Below, in pieces: positions 59,080 through 64,000 of a stretch of 64,000 nucleotides of DNA. The DNA comes from an uncultured Bacilli bacterium (GTDB lineage Bacteria > Bacillota_I > Bacilli_A > RF39 > UBA660), in the NCBI GenBank assembly GCA_934098745.1, contig CAKOPG010000009.1:51-64050 (forward strand), read 5' to 3'. The notes beneath the pieces were generated by a model. The model ran no database searches. It saw only the letters and a program-made list of their open reading frames with translations, and was not told the DNA's origin. Each line of letters opens with the position of its first letter. Positions within the stretch are counted from its first letter, which is position 1. Position numbers and translations under genes: made by a program.

Positions 59080-60633
59080 ATGGGTAAAGATACCTTCTCC
59101 ATTTTAATGTTTATTCTTGGATTAATATTAGGAATTGTTGCTTTAGCAGTTACTAATTATATTAAAAATAAAAAAAGAGAAAATAAAGCTGATTCTATAA
59201 TTGAAAAAGCTAAAAAAGATGCTGACAAAATAAAAAGAGAAACTTTATTTGAAACAAAAGAAGAAGTTAACAAACTAAAAATAGAAGCCGATAAAGAAAT
59301 AAAAGAAAAGAAAAGTGAAGTAAAAGAATCTGAAGAACGTCTTTTACAACGTGAAAAAAATCTTGATAAACGTGATGAAATTATGCAAAATAGAGAAAAT
59401 GGGCTTGAAGAAAGAGAAAAAAATCTTCTAAAAAAACAGGATGAAATCCAAGAAATTAAAGATAAAATGGAAGATATTAAACGTGAACAATTAGAAAAAC
59501 TAGAACAAGTTAGTGGTTTTACAAAAGAGCAGGCTAGAGAGTCTGTCATGAAAATAGTTGAAGAGAAAATGAGCAAGGAAATTGCCGCTTACGTTAAAGA
59601 GCGTGAAATGGAAGCAAAATTAGATGTAGATACCAAAGCGCGTGAAATGTTAGTTAGTTGTATGCAAAAATATGCTGCTGATGTTACAAATGAACAAACA
59701 GTCTCAGTAATATCTCTTCCAAATGATGAAATGAAAGGCAGAATAATAGGCCGTGAAGGAAGAAATGTCAGAACTATCGAATCCGTTACCGGTGTTGATT
59801 TAATTATTGATGATACCCCAGAAGCTATAGTTATTTCTAGCTTTGATCCATTGAGAAGAGAAATAGCTAAACTTACACTAGAAACTTTAATTAAAGATGG
59901 TCGTATTCACCCAGCTAGGATTGAAGAAGTATATGATAAAATGTGTAATGAAGTAAATCAAAAAATTAAAGAATATGGAAAAAATGCTGTTTATGAACTA
60001 GGTCTATCTAAAATGGATCCAGAATTAATAAGCATTGTTGGTAAATTGCATTTTAGAACCAGCTATGGCCAAAACGCCCTAAAACATTCTAAAGAAGTTG
60101 CTTACATTTCCGGACTATTGGCTGGTGAGTTTGGTGAAAACGTCAATCTTGCTAAAAGAGCTGGATTACTTCATGATATTGGTAAAGCTATTGATTTTGA
60201 AATGGAAGGAAGCCATGTTCAAATTGGTGCTGATTTAGCTAAGAAATATAACGAAAACAAAATTGTTATTAATGCTATTGCCTCTCATCATGGAGACACT
60301 CCAGCTACTAGCATTATCTCATCTATCGTCAACATTGCAGATACCATCTCTGCATCACGTCCTGGTGCTAGAAACGATTCATCAGAAAACTATTTCCAAA
60401 GATTAGAAAAAATTGAGCAAATAGGAAATGAAGTTAAAGGTGTTGATAAAGCCTATGCTATTCAAGCCGGAAGAGAACTTCGTGTTATTGTAAAGCCTGA
60501 GGAAGTAGATGACTTAATGTCATTCCAAATTGCTAGAAACATTAAAGAAAAAATTGAATCAGAAGTTCAATACCCTGGTACAATTAAAGTAACCGTAATA
60601 AGAGAAACTAGAGCTACCGAAGAAGCTAAATAG
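59080..60633 (+). CDS. rny: Ribonuclease Y
   Basis: N-terminal TM, K/E-rich coiled coil, KH domain ([12 protein letters not shown]) and HD domain (LLHDIGKA). Confidence 0.95.
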   Translation: MGKDTFSILMFILGLILGIVALAVTNYIKNKKRENKADSIIEKAKKDADKIKRETLFETKEEVNKLKIEADKEIKEKKSEVKESEERLLQREKNLDKRDEIMQNRENGLEEREKNLLKKQDEIQEIKDKMEDIKREQLEKLEQVSGFTKEQARESVMKIVEEKMSKEIAAYVKEREMEAKLDVDTKAREMLVSCMQKYAADVTNEQTVSVISLPNDEMKGRIIGREGRNVRTIESVTGVDLIIDDTPEAIVISSFDPLRREIAKLTLETLIKDGRIHPARIEEVYDKMCNEVNQKIKEYGKNAVYELGLSKMDPELISIVGKLHFRTSYGQNALKHSKEVAYISGLLAGEFGENVNLAKRAGLLHDIGKAIDFEMEGSHVQIGADLAKKYNENKIVINAIASHHGDTPATSIISSIVNIADTISASRPGARNDSSENYFQRLEKIEQIGNEVKGVDKAYAIQAGRELRVIVKPEEVDDLMSFQIARNIKEKIESEVQYPGTIKVTVIRETRATEEAK

Positions 60634-60726
60634 TAGTTTCTTTTTTTTATTTAAAAAAACATAGTTACCACTTGCTAATTAAAAAAAAATAATATATAAT
60701 TAAGACATAATAAAATAGGTGAGAAA

Positions 60727-61683
60727 ATGAAAAAAAGTAAAATTATTTTAATGCTAATTATGGCTTTTGGCCTTACAAAAACTGTATATGGTGCCGGTGG
60801 TACAATTAAAATGTATTATACATATTATAATGATGTTGAAGATGGTAATAATAGAATACAAAAAACTATTGGTGGTAAAACTACATATGTAGATTTAATT
60901 AAAATAGCAGGAGATCAAGAATATATAGGTTATTGCGTTGATGTTGGAGCTAACTTAGCAACTCAAGAACCAGTTCAAACTGTTGGTGACTTAGCTACAT
61001 ATCTCAATACTACATTAAATAATGCTTCAAAATCTCAAAGTTTAGCCAAAAAGATTAATGAATACATTTATTTTGGCTATGGATACTCAAATCATAAGAG
61101 TCAAAACTATTATGCCGCTACCCAAAAACTTATATGGGAAGAATTATATAAAAATGGTTATCGTCAAAACTATTATGAAGAAAATGTTCCATTTAGTTAT
61201 GGTTCGACTTATATAGCACTAAACGATGAAGAAAATAGTATTAAAGCATCCATTACCGCTTACTATCAAAAACCATCTCTTTGTTCTAGCTCATCAAAAT
61301 TAGAATTAGCCAAAGGAGAAACCAAAAGTTATACTGACACCAACGGTGTATTAGCAAATTACAAAGTTACATGTAGTTCAGGATTGACTTGTACCACAAA
61401 TGGAAATGAACTAAAAATAACAGCAAATCAAGCAAGTTCCGGACAAAAAGTAAGCTTCACAAAGGGCGGTTCAGAAACTTATCCAGTAGTATATCGTAAT
61501 GGAACTGATCAAGGCGTTGCAGTAAGTACTGGTAGTATTGGCCCTGTTAGCTGTGAATTTGGTGTTGATTCTTATGAAAATGTTCAAACATCAGGTTCAA
61601 TAGCCATAGTTGTAATTTCAATTGGTTTAATTGCTGCCATTATGTCCTATGCTATATATATAACTAAAAAAGAAAGTGTTTAA
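60727..61683 (+). CDS. Surface protein with a putative Cys-Gln thioester (TQxA-type) domain and a C-terminal TM anchor
   Basis: Signal peptide. YIGYCVDVG (Cys70) and NYYAATQKLIWEEL (Gln133) resemble the YC(I/V)(D/E) and TQxA(I/V)W thioester-domain motifs. C-terminal hydrophobic helix plus KKESV. Confidence 0.5.
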   Translation: MKKSKIILMLIMAFGLTKTVYGAGGTIKMYYTYYNDVEDGNNRIQKTIGGKTTYVDLIKIAGDQEYIGYCVDVGANLATQEPVQTVGDLATYLNTTLNNASKSQSLAKKINEYIYFGYGYSNHKSQNYYAATQKLIWEELYKNGYRQNYYEENVPFSYGSTYIALNDEENSIKASITAYYQKPSLCSSSSKLELAKGETKSYTDTNGVLANYKVTCSSGLTCTTNGNELKITANQASSGQKVSFTKGGSETYPVVYRNGTDQGVAVSTGSIGPVSCEFGVDSYENVQTSGSIAIVVISIGLIAAIMSYAIYITKKESV

Positions 61684-61829
61684 AAGTCCTAATAATCCCT
61701 ATTTAGGGCTTTTTTTCTATAACAAAAATAATCCTTATCCAAATTTAGAAAAAAATTATTTATTGTTATATCATTTTTTTTAGTAGTATGATATAATAGA
61801 AAATGAATATTAAAGGATGGTGCAAATAA

Positions 61830-62663
61830 ATGACTGCAAACAATATATTAACAATTCTTCAAAAGTTAATAGATGTATCGTTAGTGTGGATACTTATATA
61901 TGCTGTTTTAAAAAATCTTAAAAATAATATAAAGATGGTTATGATATTCAAAGGTGTTTTAATAGTCGTCTTAGTCAAAGTATTAAGCGATTACCTAAAC
62001 TTGACAACTATTGGTATGATTTTAGAATATGTCATAACATGGGGACCATTAGCCCTAATAATAATTTTTCAACCCGAAATTAGAACCGCTTTAGAACAAT
62101 TAGGAAAAAAACAAATCTTGACAAGACGTCAATCTCTTACTCTTGATGAAAGAGAAAAGGTAGTTTACGAAATTATCAATGCTGTTGACTATATGCGTAA
62201 AGCTAGAATAGGTGGCCTATTCGTTATTGAAAGAGAAATTAGTCTAAATGATTATGTCGCAAAAAGTAAAAACCTTTACGCCGACATATCATCCGAATTA
62301 TTAATTTCTATCTTTTTTCCACGCAATCCATTACATGATGGTGGTGTAATAATTCAAGGAAATAAAATAACTTCTGCTGGCGCTGTTTTTCCAATAAGTT
62401 TAAATAGTAAAATCAATAAAAAATTAGGAACTAGACATAGAGCAGCTTTAGGAATAAGTGAAGAAAGCGATTGTATAGCCTTAGTAGTATCAGAAGAAAG
62501 TGGAAAAATTTCTATAGCCATTGGCGGCGTTTTGAATTACAATTTATCATTAGATGATGCCAGAATGATTTTAATAGAGGAATTAAAACCTAAAAAAGAA
62601 TTGTTATTAGATGATGAATTTATTGATGAAGAAAGTGAGTCTGATAATAATGAAACAAAATAA
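61830..62663 (+). CDS. cdaA: Diadenylate cyclase
   Basis: Three N-terminal TM helices and a DAC domain with HDGGVII and GTRHRAALGISE. Confidence 0.9.
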   Translation: MTANNILTILQKLIDVSLVWILIYAVLKNLKNNIKMVMIFKGVLIVVLVKVLSDYLNLTTIGMILEYVITWGPLALIIIFQPEIRTALEQLGKKQILTRRQSLTLDEREKVVYEIINAVDYMRKARIGGLFVIEREISLNDYVAKSKNLYADISSELLISIFFPRNPLHDGGVIIQGNKITSAGAVFPISLNSKINKKLGTRHRAALGISEESDCIALVVSEESGKISIAIGGVLNYNLSLDDARMILIEELKPKKELLLDDEFIDEESESDNNETK

Positions 62664-64000
62664 AACTAAAAAAAGAACTAAAAAAACATTTATGTTTATT
62701 AAAGCAATTATTAGATTAATAGATAAAAAAATTATTACTCCCATTACTAAATTTATTCTTATGATTAGTGAGAAGATGGGTCAAAGAACAGATAAATTTG
62801 AGCGCTGGTTAGTAAGAAAGAATACCTTATTGTTTATTTCTTTAATATTAGCTATAATCACATTTATAGCCGTTGATAAAAAATCTATCGTTTTAGTAGA
62901 TTCATATGCTGAAGTATTACACGATCAAAAAGTAGAGGCTGTATATAATACAGAAACCTATGTCGTAGAAGGTCTACCTGAAACAGCCGATGTAACCATA
63001 ATAGGAAGAAAAGTAGATATGTATCTTGCAAAACAATTATCCAAAGGCATGGTTACTGTAGATATCTCAAATCTAGGAGCCGGTACACATAAAGTTGATC
63101 TTAATTACGAAGGAGTAGTAAATTCACTAGACTATAGTGTTTCTCCATCGAGTATAACAATTATTATTTATCCTAAAGTATCATCTACAAAAACAGCTAT
63201 AATTGATACTATAAATAAAGAGAAGATAGATTCAAAACTATCAATTACTAACGTTAGTATCGATCAACAAGAAATAATAATAAAAGGAGCCGAACACACC
63301 CTAAATGAAGTTGCCACTGTAAGAGCTCTTGTAGATGTCTCAAAATTAGTAGATCCAGGTGTTGGTGTAACTACTTTGGAAAATGTTCCGTTAATTGCTT
63401 ATGATAAAGATGGTAAAACTATTGATGTAGAAATGGTGCCAAGTAAAGTAAATGCCACTATAAATATTGATTCGCCACACAAAGAAGTACCGATTAAAGT
63501 AATACCAGAAGGGGAAGTTCAATTTGGTAAAGCAATTAGCTCTATCACTTCAACAGAAACAAAAGTAACAATATATGGTAGCAATGATGCTATAGCAAAA
63601 ATTGAATATTTACCAATAACAATCGATGTAAAGAATTTAAATACTAATAAAGAATATAATGTTTCACTAACACTTCCTGAAGGAATTAGAGATTTATCGG
63701 TTAAAAACACCAAGATAAGAGTAACTCTAGGCGAAGAAGTTACAAAAGAAATAAATGATGTAATGATAGAAACAACTAACCTAGATTCAAACTACAAAGC
63801 TGCCGCTATTGGAGCCTCTTCGATAAAAACTACCGTAATTGTTAAAGGCACACAAGAAGTAATTAACTCTATCGATGAATCTAAAATTAAAGCCATTGTT
63901 GATTTATCTGGATACAAAGAAGGAGATCACGAAGTTGAAGTAACCGTTACCGGTGATGATGTCAAAGCACGATATACTGCTAAAACTAAGAAAATAAAAA
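62650..64000 (+). CDS. cdaR: CdaA regulator CdaR (YbbR-domain protein), 3'-truncated by the window end
   Basis: ATG at 62650 overlaps the cdaA stop. The frame stays open to the window end. One TM, then repeated beta-rich YbbR-like modules. It is absent from the ORF track because no stop is reached. Confidence 0.75.
   Translation, partial: MKQNKTKKRTKKTFMFIKAIIRLIDKKIITPITKFILMISEKMGQRTDKFERWLVRKNTLLFISLILAIITFIAVDKKSIVLVDSYAEVLHDQKVEAVYNTETYVVEGLPETADVTIIGRKVDMYLAKQLSKGMVTVDISNLGAGTHKVDLNYEGVVNSLDYSVSPSSITIIIYPKVSSTKTAIIDTINKEKIDSKLSITNVSIDQQEIIIKGAEHTLNEVATVRALVDVSKLVDPGVGVTTLENVPLIAYDKDGKTIDVEMVPSKVNATINIDSPHKEVPIKVIPEGEVQFGKAISSITSTETKVTIYGSNDAIAKIEYLPITIDVKNLNTNKEYNVSLTLPEGIRDLSVKNTKIRVTLGEEVTKEINDVMIETTNLDSNYKAAAIGASSIKTTVIVKGTQEVINSIDESKIKAIVDLSGYKEGDHEVEVTVTGDDVKARYTAKTKKIK

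Noticed and set aside
59157-59576. 139-aa minus-strand Ser/Phe-rich ORF
   Set aside because: It is antisense to the K/E-rich coiled-coil part of rny. The AAA/GAA repeats read as TTT/TTC on the other strand. It is an artefact.
1-64000. Search for CRISPR arrays, rRNA genes, integrases and prophage modules
   Set aside because: I saw no regularly spaced repeat-spacer array, no rRNA-like conserved blocks and no tyrosine or serine recombinase motifs in any listed ORF. The only transposase sequence is the truncated fragment at 30156-30650.

Overview
Low-GC (AT-rich) Firmicutes-type chromosomal segment. The markers are RNase Y, CdaA-CdaR, a T-box leader on valS, and the sporulation or germination genes spoIIR, cwlD, spoVS and a YetF-like DUF421 gene. 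The backbone is ordinary housekeeping: tex, dinB, prfA-prmC, murF, valS, rlmH, dusB, lysS, rluB, alr, asnB, rny, cdaAR and two tRNAs. Four accessory blocks interrupt it. (1) About 16.3-21.3 kb holds an AraC regulator, a soluble VirD4/TraG-like ATPase, a frameshifted DUF421 pseudogene, a GNAT and an HExxH membrane protein. (2) 21.4-28.5 kb is a stripped-down type VIIb-like secretion locus: EssC, a YukD-like protein and six small helical proteins, three of which carry W-x-G. I see no recognisable EssA, EssB or EsaA. (3) 29.9-40.3 kb starts with a truncated IS1634-like transposase fused to a decayed segmental duplication. A Tad/Flp-type pilus operon follows, with two Cys-rich secreted proteins, CpaB, a CpaF carrying an N/Q-rich tail, TadB, TadC, a 53-aa Flp-like pilin missing from the ORF track, two paralogous minor-pilin-like proteins and a TadZ-like ATPase. 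(4) 47.96-50.50 kb is a roughly 2.4-kb islet bounded by direct repeats that duplicate the rluB promoter and 5' end. It carries a retron (msr-msd ncRNA plus RT) and an Rpn/YhgA-like PD-(D/E)XK nuclease. I rank this islet as the best candidate for a new or poorly described defence pairing. All calls come from reading the sequence and the supplied translations. No database search was run.
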